Source: Candidatus Multivoradales bacterium (GTDB lineage: Bacteria; Acidobacteriota; Thermoanaerobaculia; Multivoradales; Multivoraceae). Taken from it: a stretch of DNA of 64,000 nt. Location: positions 2,656,001-2,720,000 of the forward strand of contig CBDCWI010000002.1 of NCBI GenBank assembly GCA_965223325.1, written 5' to 3'. The notes under the pieces were generated by a model. It did no database searches. It saw only the letters and a list, made by a program, of their open reading frames with translations, and was not told the DNA's origin. Of this stretch, positions 29,831 through 42,300 are shown piece by piece (the first letter of the stretch is position 1; each line of letters begins with the position of its first letter). Made by a program: the position numbers and the translations under genes.

Positions 29831-32800
29831 TTAGACCGTCAGGCTCCAGGCCGCGGTCGAGCCAATCTCGAAACCGTCCGAGAACAGCTCGTCATCTGGC
29901 GCGTCGAGGCCATCGACGCCGTCACTCTCGCCTGCCTGGTCTGCTTCGGCAGAGGGCACATGCTGGGCAGGGTCGCCAAGGAGGTTATAGGACGGCACGC
30001 TCGCCAGGCGGCCGCCGCGGGCGACAAAACGGTCGAACGACGCGAGGATCAGATCGCCCAGCCGCTGGTTGGGGGTTTCCATCGCCAAAAGCGACGCGAG
30101 CTGAAGAGCGAGCTCGACCGAAGCGGCATCGTCGGCCAACCCTGAAGAGCTGAGCGCCGCAACCGCCCCGCCACCAGCCTGAAGCAACAGCTCTTCGGCA
30201 AGCGCCGGCGACCCTGGCAGGCCGTAGCGGGCTGCGGTACAGGTCATTGCGCCGAGAATGAACGGCTGATCGGCGAAGGGATCGAGATCGGGGTTGTCCG
30301 TCGGGCTGGGAAGGTCGTCGGTCGTCAGGAGTTGTTCGGCCGCGAGCGCTGTCAGCGCTCCGTGGCCGAAGTAGGAGACCCAACCGGCGCCGCGATCGAG
30401 GGCTTCGAACAGGCTTCGACGCGTGGTGACGGTGCCACCGGGCGAAAGCACCACATCCTCGATATCGAACGCATAGGCGAGAGGCGCCAGCGCACTGCGA
30501 CCATCGGGACCGAAGTTGGCTCCTGCTTCGGCGTCATCTGCCAGCATGAGATGACGCTCGGTCCACTCTTCGCCCGCCGCCAGATCGGCTTCGTAGGCAT
30601 CCAGCTTTGCGAGATAGCCGTCGAGTTCGACCGCTGTCACCACCGGGAGTCGCCCGATTGCCGTGTCGGCCAGTCCGTCCGTTTCCGACCTCGACCAGTC
30701 GACGTAAAGGGCATCCGAGGCGAAAAGACCGACCTCGGTTACGGTGAGAAGCGCCGGTACGAGGTTGCCGCCGGCCGCCAGGTGGTCGTGATAGTCGAAG
30801 GTCCCGGCACCCACCAGAACAACGTACGACGGGCCGAGCTCTGACAGGAAGCCCGACAGAGCGGAGGGGTCGAAATCACCGGCCGACCGCTGGTCGAGAA
30901 CGTCCTCGAGCAGAACGACTTCGGCAGCCAGCCCTTCGTCACTACGTCGAGCCGCCAGCTCCTCTGCTCCTGGCAGAAGGTCACGCGCTCCGACCACCGC
31001 GACCCAATCGGCCGAGGTTGGCAGAATCCCATCGAAGCCGGCGGTAACCATGAGCGTTTGCGGCGCGCCCGAGTGCACGAGGTAACGACGTTCTGCGGTC
31101 GTTTCGAGATCGAGACTCCACACTCCAGCGTCGCTCTGTGGAGTCACCGCAATGGCTACAGGTGCGTAGGGCTCGCTGATATCGAGGGCCACGACGCGGT
31201 CAGAAAGCAAGCTGCCCACCGTCGTGGTCGCGGTTTCTTCGGCTTCGAAGATCAGCATGCCACCCATAGCCTCGGCGTAGCGCGGATAGGTGAGCGTGAT
31301 GTGATCGGCGTAGAGAACACCGGCAGTTCGGGAAATCGAAACCAGATTCACGCCTTCTTGCAGCTCTCCCGGTTCCAACTCGTGCTCGAAGACGAGATCT
31401 CCCGAACCGTCTCGGGTCGCCAAACCAAGTGGGTCCGGCGAGCCGTTCAGATAGACCTCGGCGCTATGAGTGGTCGCACCGGCACCAAAAAGCGCAACGC
31501 GCAAATGAACCGCGCCGCTGGCGATCGCCGAGGCCTCGACCGAGACATCGAGCGTCGGCGACCCGGCGTGCAGGGCCTGCCAGAAGAAGATGTCACGAAC
31601 CGGGTCGCGAAGGGCCGCAGTGGCAGCAAAGTTGTTCTCCTCGACGGTCGTGACCTGGGTGTAGGAGACACCGCCACTCCCGCGCTGCGCGAAGGCTGCC
31701 CGCCGCGCCGAGATCTGCGTCCCCGGACGGGGGTACAAGAAGTAGGTCGCGTATTGCCCGTAGATGCTGTCGCGCCCTTCGCCGTAGAAGCGAATGCTCG
31801 ACCCTTCCGGGTCTTCGATCCAGGGGACCGATACTCCCGCGCGCACCAGATCGAACCGGCCCGCGGCAATCTGCGTCGAAGCGACCTCGGGCGTCATGCC
31901 GAAGACTTCGCCCAACTGGGAGACCGTGATCTCGAAGAGACCATCTTCTGGAACCAGGGCGCGCAGGTAGTCAGCCGTCAGCGCCTCGGGCTGCAGCGCC
32001 GGGGTGGTGATGCGCTGTAGCGGATCAGGAAGGATCGGAGTCGCGCGGTAGCCGTCGAGTACGAATTCACGCGCGTCGGTGCGAAAAGCGCGCGCCGCCC
32101 GCAGAGCACCCTCCGGCGGTCGGTACTCGATGACCGACCGAACGAACGGCCCCCACCAGCGTGCGAGGCCGTCCTGGGTGCGCTCGACGAGCGCGTACTC
32201 GAGGGTTTCACCCGACGGAGCCCGGTTGTCGCGCAGGCTGTAGGTCGCGCCGCTGCTCGCCTCGGGAACCGCCGGTTGCGGTTCTTCTGTCACCGCCACC
32301 CATTCTCCAGCGTCGCGCCGCCAGAGTTCCCAGCTCTGGGTTCCGACCTCGGAGGCGGTGCGCCAACGAACCTCGATGCCATCCTCGTTGTAAACGTCGA
32401 AGGAGGTCACCGGAGCGTGGGTCAAGGTCGCCGTCTGAATGGTGAGCTGACAGAGTTCGCCAGTCGACAGAGTCGCGGGGCCGAGTTGTGCCGCGCCGCA
32501 TAAAGCGCCGGTACACGTGCCGTCGACCCATGTGGCACGGGTGCCGTTGCTGGTTCCGGGCGCCGGGGTGACGTCAACCGGCGTCGCCGCCGTGGGCGTC
32601 ACCGTCACGCGATAGGACAGGAGGGCGGCGGAGCCGGCCGCGACGGTTCCCGGGTTCCACTGCACATTCCCGGCGCCACCAGCAGCGGGTTGTGCCACCA
32701 CCGTGCCTTGTGACACCGACTGAATCGCCGAGTACAAGACTTGACCACCCGGCACGTTGGCGGTTACAAGGTTGGTGGCGCTGAAGGAGATTGGCAGACT

Positions 32801-33904
32801 GGTCGGGTTGACCACCCGTACCGTCACGACGAAGTCGCTCGCGACTCCAATCACCGGCGGATTGGGACCAGCGCCGGTCGCCGCCAGGCGTTGCTCGAGG
32901 AAGGGGCGCACCGGCACGCCACCACCGTCAATCGGGAGATAGAGGCGGCTGGAGTTGGCATAGGGCTGCCCGGTCGGCGCCGCGGGGCCGGCCAGGTCTT
33001 CGCCGAGGTAGAACACCGACCAGTTGTCTTTGACGCCGTTCGGGGAATCGAGCACCGCCGTCCAACTACCGTAGTCGACGGCCACTGAAGCGGACGTGAA
33101 CCCGGTCATCGCAACGTCCCCCCAGGCCTGATTCCCCGACGGCGGATTGGTCGCCGAGAAGGCTCCCGTACGACTGCTGATGACGTTGTTCCCCAGGTTG
33201 TCCTGGTCGTAGGTTCGATCGCGGACGGTGCAGCCATTGGTGACGTGCGGGTAGACCGTGAGATTGGGCTGCGGCGAACCGACGGTGTTGCCCCACATCA
33301 CGAAGCTATGGGCATAGACCGGTAGCTCGGTTCCACCGGCCGTGGGGTCGGAATCGTGGGCGCGCAACCCGAAGCCGTTCAGGTACCTCTTGGTGCCACC
33401 GGTCGAATCGGTGCGAATCTCCCAATGACCCGGAGCCGGCGCGTTCTGACCGAAGAGCTGGATCCACTGGTTGTTGCAGGGTCCGGTCGCACACAGCTGG
33501 ACGGCAGTAACCGGTCCAGCCGCACCCGCTCCGTTGAGAAGCACCGGCGCTCCGAAGGGGTCGAGCACCGTGATCTGAAACAGGCTGGCGGTCCCGGTAT
33601 CCCAGGCGGCGCCGATGTCAGGATCGAAGAGATCGATCTCGAGACGCGCCAGTCCTGGTGGGACCTCAACAAAGAAACTGTAGTGGGTACCCAGCGCCTT
33701 GGTCACGTAGTCGCCGCTCGACAGCGCCACCTTGGCGCTCAGCTGCCGGAACAGTTCTCCGGGTGCGGCGCCGCCCGAGGTGCCGGCCGCAAACGCTCGT
33801 GTACCCGATAGAAGCACCGTCGCGCTCAGCAAGATCAAACCAAGCTGAGCGTAGCGGGGCCGAATGGACGGCCGAGTCGTTCGGGCTTCGCGAAAGAAGA
33901 GCAT
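29831..33904 (-). CDS. Secreted C25 (gingipain/PorU-like) cysteine peptidase with a C-terminal FxDxFE tail
   Basis: YVVLVGAG, SDALY, AIGRLPV, catalytic His in VSYFGHG, catalytic Cys in GAMTC, YNLLGDPA; ends LFSDGFEIGSTAAWSLTV. Start uncertain (33904 or 33922). Confidence 0.85.
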   Translation of the reverse strand: MLFFREARTTRPSIRPRYAQLGLILLSATVLLSGTRAFAAGTSGGAAPGELFRQLSAKVALSSGDYVTKALGTHYSFFVEVPPGLARLEIDLFDPDIGAAWDTGTASLFQITVLDPFGAPVLLNGAGAAGPVTAVQLCATGPCNNQWIQLFGQNAPAPGHWEIRTDSTGGTKRYLNGFGLRAHDSDPTAGGTELPVYAHSFVMWGNTVGSPQPNLTVYPHVTNGCTVRDRTYDQDNLGNNVISSRTGAFSATNPPSGNQAWGDVAMTGFTSASVAVDYGSWTAVLDSPNGVKDNWSVFYLGEDLAGPAAPTGQPYANSSRLYLPIDGGGVPVRPFLEQRLAATGAGPNPPVIGVASDFVVTVRVVNPTSLPISFSATNLVTANVPGGQVLYSAIQSVSQGTVVAQPAAGGAGNVQWNPGTVAAGSAALLSYRVTVTPTAATPVDVTPAPGTSNGTRATWVDGTCTGALCGAAQLGPATLSTGELCQLTIQTATLTHAPVTSFDVYNEDGIEVRWRTASEVGTQSWELWRRDAGEWVAVTEEPQPAVPEASSGATYSLRDNRAPSGETLEYALVERTQDGLARWWGPFVRSVIEYRPPEGALRAARAFRTDAREFVLDGYRATPILPDPLQRITTPALQPEALTADYLRALVPEDGLFEITVSQLGEVFGMTPEVASTQIAAGRFDLVRAGVSVPWIEDPEGSSIRFYGEGRDSIYGQYATYFLYPRPGTQISARRAAFAQRGSGGVSYTQVTTVEENNFAATAALRDPVRDIFFWQALHAGSPTLDVSVEASAIASGAVHLRVALFGAGATTHSAEVYLNGSPDPLGLATRDGSGDLVFEHELEPGELQEGVNLVSISRTAGVLYADHITLTYPRYAEAMGGMLIFEAEETATTTVGSLLSDRVVALDISEPYAPVAIAVTPQSDAGVWSLDLETTAERRYLVHSGAPQTLMVTAGFDGILPTSADWVAVVGARDLLPGAEELAARRSDEGLAAEVVLLEDVLDQRSAGDFDPSALSGFLSELGPSYVVLVGAGTFDYHDHLAAGGNLVPALLTVTEVGLFASDALYVDWSRSETDGLADTAIGRLPVVTAVELDGYLAKLDAYEADLAAGEEWTERHLMLADDAEAGANFGPDGRSALAPLAYAFDIEDVVLSPGGTVTTRRSLFEALDRGAGWVSYFGHGALTALAAEQLLTTDDLPSPTDNPDLDPFADQPFILGAMTCTAARYGLPGSPALAEELLLQAGGGAVAALSSSGLADDAASVELALQLASLLAMETPNQRLGDLILASFDRFVARGGRLASVPSYNLLGDPAQHVPSAEADQAGESDGVDGLDAPDDELFSDGFEIGSTAAWSLTV

Positions 33905-34023
33905 TTGAAGTTTTACATGCAATCAACAGGCCACGCGAGCAGATAAATCCTATCATTTACAGTTTTAAAATTCTACAAATCGATCGGCAGGGTCACCGCC
34001 AGGACGCCAGAGGGCCGGTCGTC

Positions 34024-36360
34024 CTACCCCACGACCCTGGACCACGAGCTCGTCCCGGCTGATTCGAAGTCGTCCACAAACAGCGGCTTGGGGAGAATGG
34101 TCTGCGAGAACTGCGCTTCGTTGTCCAGCGTGCTGGACTCGGCGGTCGAGGCAGAGGACGATGCCCCGAGGTCGAAGGACTGTCCCGGCTCTCCGGTGAC
34201 CATGACCGTGAGCACGACCGTCTGGACGCTGCCCGCCGGCAGCGAAGCGAAGTCGCAGATGTTGCCACCACCAGGCGTTGCGGGGCTACCGCCGGCGCAG
34301 TCGACGCTTGTGATGACGCCCGCCGACAGCGAGTCGATCGCCAACTGCACGGCCTGCGCATCGGAAGGCCCCTCGTTGGTGAGCTCGAGGGTGAGCTCGA
34401 ACTGCTCGTCCATCTCCTCGGGACCCTCAGGTGCCGAGGCCGTCAGGGCCAGGTTGGCCAGCGGATTGACCGAGAAGGCCAGATCACGTGCATTGTCTAA
34501 AGAAACCGGATCGAACCCTGCGACCGAAGCACTCGTCGGCATGAGAACCTCGCCCACCACATCGGATGCGATTCCGCACATGAAGTCGTAGCGAAACTCG
34601 CTGGATCCGCCGAGCACCAGATCAGCCTCCGAGACACCTCCCGAAACCGGCCCAGGCGAGCACGCGGCCACGCCTCGCCCACCATCTCCGCCAAAGCTGG
34701 TTGGCACACACGTCCACTCGCACCCGTCTAGACCAGCCGGCAGCCCAACCGAGACGTCGACGGTCTGCGGAAAGTAGCCATAGTTGGTGACATGAATCGA
34801 GAACGTCGTCGCTGACCCCGGCGTCGTCCCCGCCACTGCACCGAGATCGACCGCTACGTTCTCAGTCACCTCATAGGCGCCGAGATCGCAGTCTCCGGCG
34901 ATCGAACGATCGAAGCCGCGGCCGTCGCTCTGATCGCAGAAGGCCAGACCCCGCGCCTCGGCCGGCGCGGCATTGATCGCCGGACTGCCTGCCAGCAGTC
35001 GATGAGTCCTCGTGCTGCCGCCGTTGTCGGCCAGCGGCCCGAGATAACTCACGGCGGCGGAAACGGCCTGGTCTGACGAGGCGGTTGGACACTCGGACTC
35101 GGTGTCCTCGAAGAGGTTGTACCCCAGAGTCGAGACGCCGGCCGCCGCCGAGCAATTGGAACCGCCGGGTGCGGAGTTCGACAACACGATCGAACGCCCG
35201 ATCTCGAGCGCCCCGGCAAGGCCACCAGCCTCCGACGACGCTTGGTTCTCCACCACCGTGACGAAGTCCAGCGTGACGGCCACCTCAGGAGGCGCCACGC
35301 CGCGCACATCGGGTGCCAGAAACTCGGCGAACACTCCTCCGCCAACACCAGCGGCGGTCTCGACGCCGACAGCCTGGTTGCCCGACACCGTCACGTTGCT
35401 GAGGGTAAGTCCCGAGCCCAGGGCGAAGACCGCACCTCCGCGGGCATAAGTCTCCACCACTTGCGAGTGAATCTCGGCCACGTTGCCCTCGAACGATGAC
35501 TCTTCGACCGTACCGGCCCCACCGAACCACAGCCCACCGCCCTCGACTTGACCTTCATCGCTGAGGTCGTCGATCATCTCGGCGTGGTTGTTGCTGAAAG
35601 TCGTTCCACGCACCGCAAGCGACCCGGCGCTGTAGATGCCTCCTCCTTGAAATCGTGGTCCACCGAGCTCACGAAGTTCTTCGAAGTCCTGAGGACGCAC
35701 CAGGTTGTCTTCGATGAGGCTGTCGATGATGACCAGCGTCGGTACCGGGTCAAGTGGCCCGGGGGCCGGAGCGTTGAAAATCCCGCCACCGCGCTCAGCC
35801 TCGTTGTCGGCAACTCGAACGTTGCGTAGCACGAGCCGACCACGGTTGTAGATTCCTGCGCCCTCGTTGGCGCGCCCGCCCTCGATCGCAAGACCATGGA
35901 GTGCTGGACTGCCGCCCAACTGGTCGGTGTAAGTGCACTCGAGGACGCGGTGATCACCGACCGCGCTGATCACCGTCTGGTCGCTCCCAACACCCTCCAG
36001 AACGAGCCGGCTCTCAATGAAGAGCGAGCCGAACTCGACCTCGTAGGTGCCGGCTGCGAGCTGGATCAAGTCCTCCGCGGGCCCATCGGGACCGGGACCT
36101 GGCGTACCCGAGGGACATGTATCGACGGCACTTTTGCTGCGCGCCGCGAGCAGGGCCTCGCGCAACGAACACTCGCCGTCACTGCCTTGCGCCGGAGTCC
36201 AGTCTGAGAACGTCGTCACCACAATCGCACCAGCACCGCGGGTGACCTCGCCGTTTAGAGAATCGTCTGCGGCTTCTGCGGTCTGCGCAACGAGCAGGGC
36301 TGCCAACAGAGGCCCGATGCGTAGAGCGGAAGCGAGGCGGCCGGAGAGAGAAGGGTTCAA
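34024..36360 (-). CDS. CSLREA/beta-helix/choice-of-anchor Q/DUF11 surface protein with a C-terminal FxDxFE tail
   Basis: ECSLREA, GGGI repeats, LGPLADNGG...GSPAINA...CDLGAYE, TNEGPSDA; ends LFVDDFESAGTSSWSRVVG; SD gaggagg. Confidence 0.85.
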   Translation of the reverse strand: MNPSLSGRLASALRIGPLLAALLVAQTAEAADDSLNGEVTRGAGAIVVTTFSDWTPAQGSDGECSLREALLAARSKSAVDTCPSGTPGPGPDGPAEDLIQLAAGTYEVEFGSLFIESRLVLEGVGSDQTVISAVGDHRVLECTYTDQLGGSPALHGLAIEGGRANEGAGIYNRGRLVLRNVRVADNEAERGGGIFNAPAPGPLDPVPTLVIIDSLIEDNLVRPQDFEELRELGGPRFQGGGIYSAGSLAVRGTTFSNNHAEMIDDLSDEGQVEGGGLWFGGAGTVEESSFEGNVAEIHSQVVETYARGGAVFALGSGLTLSNVTVSGNQAVGVETAAGVGGGVFAEFLAPDVRGVAPPEVAVTLDFVTVVENQASSEAGGLAGALEIGRSIVLSNSAPGGSNCSAAAGVSTLGYNLFEDTESECPTASSDQAVSAAVSYLGPLADNGGSTRTHRLLAGSPAINAAPAEARGLAFCDQSDGRGFDRSIAGDCDLGAYEVTENVAVDLGAVAGTTPGSATTFSIHVTNYGYFPQTVDVSVGLPAGLDGCEWTCVPTSFGGDGGRGVAACSPGPVSGGVSEADLVLGGSSEFRYDFMCGIASDVVGEVLMPTSASVAGFDPVSLDNARDLAFSVNPLANLALTASAPEGPEEMDEQFELTLELTNEGPSDAQAVQLAIDSLSAGVITSVDCAGGSPATPGGGNICDFASLPAGSVQTVVLTVMVTGEPGQSFDLGASSSASTAESSTLDNEAQFSQTILPKPLFVDDFESAGTSSWSRVVG

Positions 36361-36375
36361 AGTGCTGCCTCCTCG

Positions 36376-39300
36376 CTAGCGTGAGCGGATTCTCTGACGC
36401 CGACCAGAACTGGTTGAGTACTCGATGTGAAGAAGCGGAGCACCGCTCGACGAGCCGTTGTACGAGTCGGCAACACGTTTCCCGGTCCCGGTCACTACGA
36501 AAGCGATGGCGTTACCACTCACCCAGTCGGGACGTGAAACGACCGACTGGACCACCGGAGCGAGGTTCGGGGTTTGCTGGGCCGGACCGGCATCGAGCTT
36601 GGTTTGCCAGGGAGCTGGGTTCCACACCACCGCCGCCTGCGTGCGCGGACGACTCGAGATATTGCCGTCGCTAGTCGTGAATCCAGGCGCGGAACCGGTG
36701 TCGTGGGCCTCGAACGTGAGGCTGGTGGCCTCACTGTTGACTTCGTCGGCCTGGAACTGAATCCAGGCGTTGATGATCGTGGCCCCCGGGGGTATCGCAA
36801 CTCCCTGGAAGCGCATACCGACAAGCTGCACCGCACCATCGTCGATCATCTCGAGATCGCTGCTGGTGACGTTCATCGAGCCATCGGAGAGGGTCTCCTC
36901 GGCATCGTCGGCGCCGGTGCTGACTCGCACCTCGAAGGTCTGCGGCGTATCGACAACCTCGACTGTCATGTCGTCGGAAGAGTCGAGCTCACCATCCGAC
37001 GCGGTCAACCGGATGACAAAGGTCCCGCTGGTGCCGAAGGTCGCGTCCGTCGACAGTTGGTTGGGAGTGCCGAAGGTCACGGAAGCGGGGCCACTCACCA
37101 AGGACCAGCTGACAGCGATCGGCCCGGGCTGGCCGTCGTCGCTGGCCGAGCCTTGAAGTTGGAGCGCCACCCCGACACCGACAACCGCGTCGGCACCGGC
37201 CGCGACCACCGGCGCCTGGTTTGGCCCCAGCGGTTCGACGACAACCTCCACGTCGTCGGAAACGGTGAACTCACCGTCGTCGGCGCTGAGACGGAGGACG
37301 TAGGTTCCATCGATCGGGAACGACACGCCAGTGGTCTCCGCGTCGGGGCTGGTGAAGGTCGCCGTGCCGGGCCCTCCGACCTGACTCCAGGCGAGCACAA
37401 CCGGCGTTTCTCGGCCGTCATCAGAGACACTGCCAGCCAGCGTTAGAGACTGGGCGATCGAGACCGTCTGATCGGTGCCGGCAAAGACGACCGGCGGCTG
37501 GTTCGGAGGCGGAGGCCCCGTCGTGTACTCAACGTGCAGAAGTGGCGCCTTCTCGCTTCCACCCTCGTAGGAGTCGGCGGTGCGCTTGCCGGTGCCGTCG
37601 ATCAGGAAGGCAACTGCGTTGCCACTCACCCAGTCGGAACGGGAAACGACGGTCTGCAAGAGCGTCTTCAACTCCGTGGTGCGCTCGGCAGACCCAGCGG
37701 CGCCGACAGACGTCCAGGGCTCGGGTGACCAGGACACGGCAAGGGTCGAGAGAGCTCGCGACGACAGGTCACCGTTGGAGCTGGAAAAGGGCGCCGCCGA
37801 ACCAACGTTCTCGATGCGAATCGAGAGATCGGTCACAACGCTGTCGGTTTCATCGGCAACGAACTGCACCCACGCAGTGTGAATCGTGGCGTTCTGGGGC
37901 ACATCGAGGTTCGCGAACCTCACACCGACAAGCTGGTTGACCGACTCCTCGACCATCTCGAGATCGCTGCTGGTCACCGAGACCGACCCGCCAGGGTTGT
38001 CTTCTTCGGCATCGTCGCTGCCAGCGGCAACCCGAACCTCGACCGTCGTGGGCTGTGACACCACGGTCACGGTCAGTTCGTCGTTGACCTGGAACTCACC
38101 GTCGTCGGCCTCGAGCCGCAGCTCATAGTCGCCCACCGCCGAGAACACAACCGTTGTACTGGCGCTCTCTGGGTTGGCAAACGTCGCCGCCCCGGGGCCA
38201 GCGACCTGGCTCCAGGCGAGTGCCAATGGGCCCGGCTGGCCGTCGTCCGCCACCGTCGCCACCAGAACAGCTGGCGAGCTGATCGCAACGGTGCGATCTT
38301 CACCCACATCGACGGTCGGGCCCTGGTTGGGCGGCATGGGTGCCACAGTCACCGTGAGCTCGTCGAACGAGGAGAGCTCGCCGTCAAAAGCTGTCAGGCG
38401 CAAGACATAGACACCGTCGGCTGAGAACGACACGCTCGTGCCTGCGGCGGTGTGATCTGCGAAGACCACCGTTCCCGGCCCAATGACCATCGTCCAGGCC
38501 AGCGATACGGGCGACGGTTGCCCGTCGTCATCGATGAAGGCGCTGAGTGCAACGTGCGCCGGAAGGGTCACATTCTTGTCGGCGCCGACGTCGACGGTGG
38601 GAGCCTGGTTCGGCGGCGGTGGCGCAACCGTCACCGCAACCTCGTCGAACGCTGCGAGCTCACCGTCCGAGACCTCGGCGCGCAAGACATAGCCACCTTC
38701 GGCGCTGAAGGAAGCATTGGTGCTGGCGCTCGCGGGGGCGCTGAAGGTGACGCTACCCGGGCCGCTCACCTTCGACCACTGGATCGTCAACGGCCCCGGC
38801 TGACCGTCATCGGATGTGTTGGCTACGAGCTGCACAGTGTCGGTGAGTTCAATGGAGAGGTCGGTACCGACGTCAACGGTCGGCGCCTGGTTCGGGGCCG
38901 GCGGACCGAAGCCGAACTCGACGTGCAGGGTCGGAGCGTTAGAACTCGATCCATCCCAGGAGTCGGCGACTCGCTTGCCGCTGCCCGAAACCAGGAGCAG
39001 AACCGAGTTGCCGCTCGCCCATGAAGGAAGGTCGATGACCTCCTGGAGAACATCGCTCAGGTTGGGAGTGCGCTCGGCGATCCCTCGATTGCCCACTGCC
39101 GTCCACGGCTCTGGCGACCAGGTTGCGACAGCAGTGGTCGTTTGGCGCGACGAAAGGCCAAAGGCGCTCGAAGTGATCGGTGGGGCATCGGCGATCTTCT
39201 CGGCACGCACTTCGAGTGAAGTCGCACCGCTATCGACCTCGTCGACCTGGAACTGCACCCAAGCGTTCAAGATGGTCGCCGCGGGTGGCACTGCGACACC

Positions 39301-42300
39301 TTCGAAGCGCAGACCGACGAGCTGCAGCTTGCCCTTGTCGTCGATGAGTTCGAGATCACTGCTGGTGCGCGAGACCGATCCGGAGGCCACGCGCTCCTCG
39401 GCATCGTTGTTGCTCTGGTCAATTGAAACTTCGATCACCGTCGGTGCATCGACGACTTCGACCGAAACATCGTCGCTCATCGTGAACTCACCATCGTCAA
39501 CGGTAAGTCGCAAGACATAGTCGCCGGGTGCACTGAAGGTCGCAGAAGTCGACAACGCCGACGCGTCGCCGAAGACCACCGCTCCGAGGCCTGAGACTTT
39601 CGACCAGAGCGTCACCGGCGGGGCCACCAGGCCGTCGTCCTGGACCGAGCCCGAGAGTTGACCGGCGACACCGAGCGCGACCATGAAGTCGCCACCGGCG
39701 TTCACCGCTGGGGGCTGATTGGGCGGCTGCGGCGCAACGTCAACCGTCAGCTCCGAGAACGACGACAACTCGCCGTCGTCGGCGGTGATGCGCAAGGTGT
39801 AGAGGCCGGCGGCGGCAAACCAGGCGGTCGTCGCGGAGGCTGCGTTGTCGTCGAAAGTCACAGCACCCGGACCGCTTTGAACCGTCCAGAGAACCGACAC
39901 CGGACCGGGTTGGCCGTCGTCGGACACCGATGCTGTGAGACTCGCACCGCTCGGCAAGGCAATCATCTGATTCGGGCCGGCTGAAACGACGGGAGCTTCG
40001 TTCGGCGGTGGCGGGTCGACTTGTACCGTCAGATCGTCGGTCGTCGTGTACTCGCCGTCATAGGCGGCGATGCGCAGCGTGTAGAGGCCATTGACACTGA
40101 AGGTCGCGTCGGTCTGTTCAGCCGTTGCATCCTGGAAAGTCACCGTACCCGGCCCCGCAACCTTGCTCCAGAGGACCGTGACCGGTGAGGGTTGCCCGTC
40201 ATCACTGACCGTCGCAGCGAGCGAGACGCTCTGTGCCTGATGAATCGTCTGATCCGCTCCAGCCGCAACCACCGGCGCCTGGTTGGGGGGCGGCGGGCCG
40301 AGGCTGTACTCGACGTGCAGTAGCGCGGCGGCCGAAGATTCTCCGTCGTAGGACTCGGCGACTCGCGACCCACTACCCGTCAGAAGGATCGCCAGGGCGT
40401 TGCCTTCGGCCCAGCCCTCTCGGTCAACGACCTCTTGAAGAACCGGCGCGAGGTTCGGGGTCCGTTGGTCGGCGCCGGCATCACCGACCGACTGCCACGG
40501 CGCCGGCGTCCAGGCCACCGACTGAACCGTTCGCGGTCGAGCCGAGAAGTCGCCCGTCGAGCTACTGAGGGACGGGGCATCATCGCTGGCCTGTGCTTCG
40601 ATTTGCAGCTGGGTGGTGCCACTCGAAGACTCATCGGCCTGGAACTGAACCCAGGCTTCAACGATCTGAGCTCCCTGCGGGACCGAAACGCCACCAAAAC
40701 GCAGCGCCACGACCTGCTCGGTGCCCTTGTCGCTGATCATCTCGAGGTCACTGCTCGAGAGGCTGATCGAACCACCAGGCAAACGTTCCTCGCCGTCGTC
40801 GTTCGACCCTGCAATCCGAGTCTCGAACACCTGCGGCGCGTCTTCGACGGTGACGGCCAGGTCTGCGTAGCTGGAAAGCGCACCGTCGGAGACGCTGAAG
40901 CGCAGAACGTAGGCGCCCGGAAGCGAGAAGATCGCACCGGTCGACGGGCTCGACGGGTTGCTGAACACCACCGTGCCGGGGCCGGAAATCTTCGCCCAGC
41001 TGAAGGTCATGCCCATCGACTGCGGCAGGCCGTCGTCGCTGTAGGACCCTTCGAGGCTCGCGGTCTGGGTGACGAACAGAGTCAGCGGCGGTCCGGCCGA
41101 GACCGAAGGCGCCTGATTGGTCGTGCCCTCGGGATAGACCGTCACCTCGACGTCGTCGGTGGCAGTGAACTCGCCGTCGTCGGCCAGAAGGCGCAGGACG
41201 TAGGTGCCTTCCAGGCTGAACGAGACCGACGATTCGAGGGCGGCGGGAGTCGTGAAGGTGGCGGTTCCCGGCCCGCTGACCTGGCTCCAAGTGTGGGAAA
41301 GCGGCAGGCTCAGGCCATCGTCGGTGACCGAACCGGTGAGCGTGACGCTCGCGGGTAGAACGACCCCGAGATCAGCCCCCGCGGAGACCACCGGGGCGGC
41401 GTTCGGGGGCGGGCCCTTGAGTAAGGTGAACTCATCATCCACCGCACCGTTCTCGCGCAGAAACACGACATACATCTCATTGCCGGTGACATCGATCACC
41501 AGTGAGCCGAGCTCAGACAGGCCCAGGTACATCGCCGGGTGATCGAAGTCCCCTGACGACCTCTTCCCGGAGCTCCCGGCCACGATATAGACCGCACCCG
41601 GTCCATCGGCGTCGTACTCACCGTCACCAGACGCGCGTCCGTCACCGCCGTCAATCAACATGGTGCCGGGATCGAACGAACTCGATGAACCATAGTGGCC
41701 GTCGATCAGGAAGGACCGTTCATAGGAGTGACTGTGGCCAGTCAGGATGAGATCGGTGCCGTAGGCCTCGAGGATGGGGACAGCGTTCTGGCGGATCTCT
41801 TCGAGCGAGCTCGAACTGTCGGAATCGTGCGACCCCTTCGAGTACGGGGGGTGATGGAAGAAGGCGACGATCCAGGTCTGATCGGTCGAGGCGAGATCAT
41901 TCTCGAGCCACGTGAGCATCGGCCCGGTCGGAGAGTTGTCGCTGTCGTAGGAGTCCAGACAGACGTAGTGCACGTTGCCGACATCGAACGAGTAGTAGGC
42001 CTCCGTGCCTGAAGCCACACCCCCCGCCTCGCCTTGACGCGGCAGCGTGAAGAGGTCGTAGTAGACGCCACTCTGCGAGTCTGAGCTGGCGCTCCTTCCA
42101 TCATGGTTGCCGAGCGTCGACCAGAGCACAGACTTCTGCAACGTCGACGGATACATGTCGAAGACAGCCCTCTGGTACTCGCTGTCGCGGCCGTCGCTGT
42201 AGGCGTTGTCTCCGAGCATCAGCCAGGTCTGGGTGTGCATGTTGCCGGTATAGCCGAGGTAGGCATCGCGCACCGCTCGGGCCCGGTCGTCTGCGGTCCC

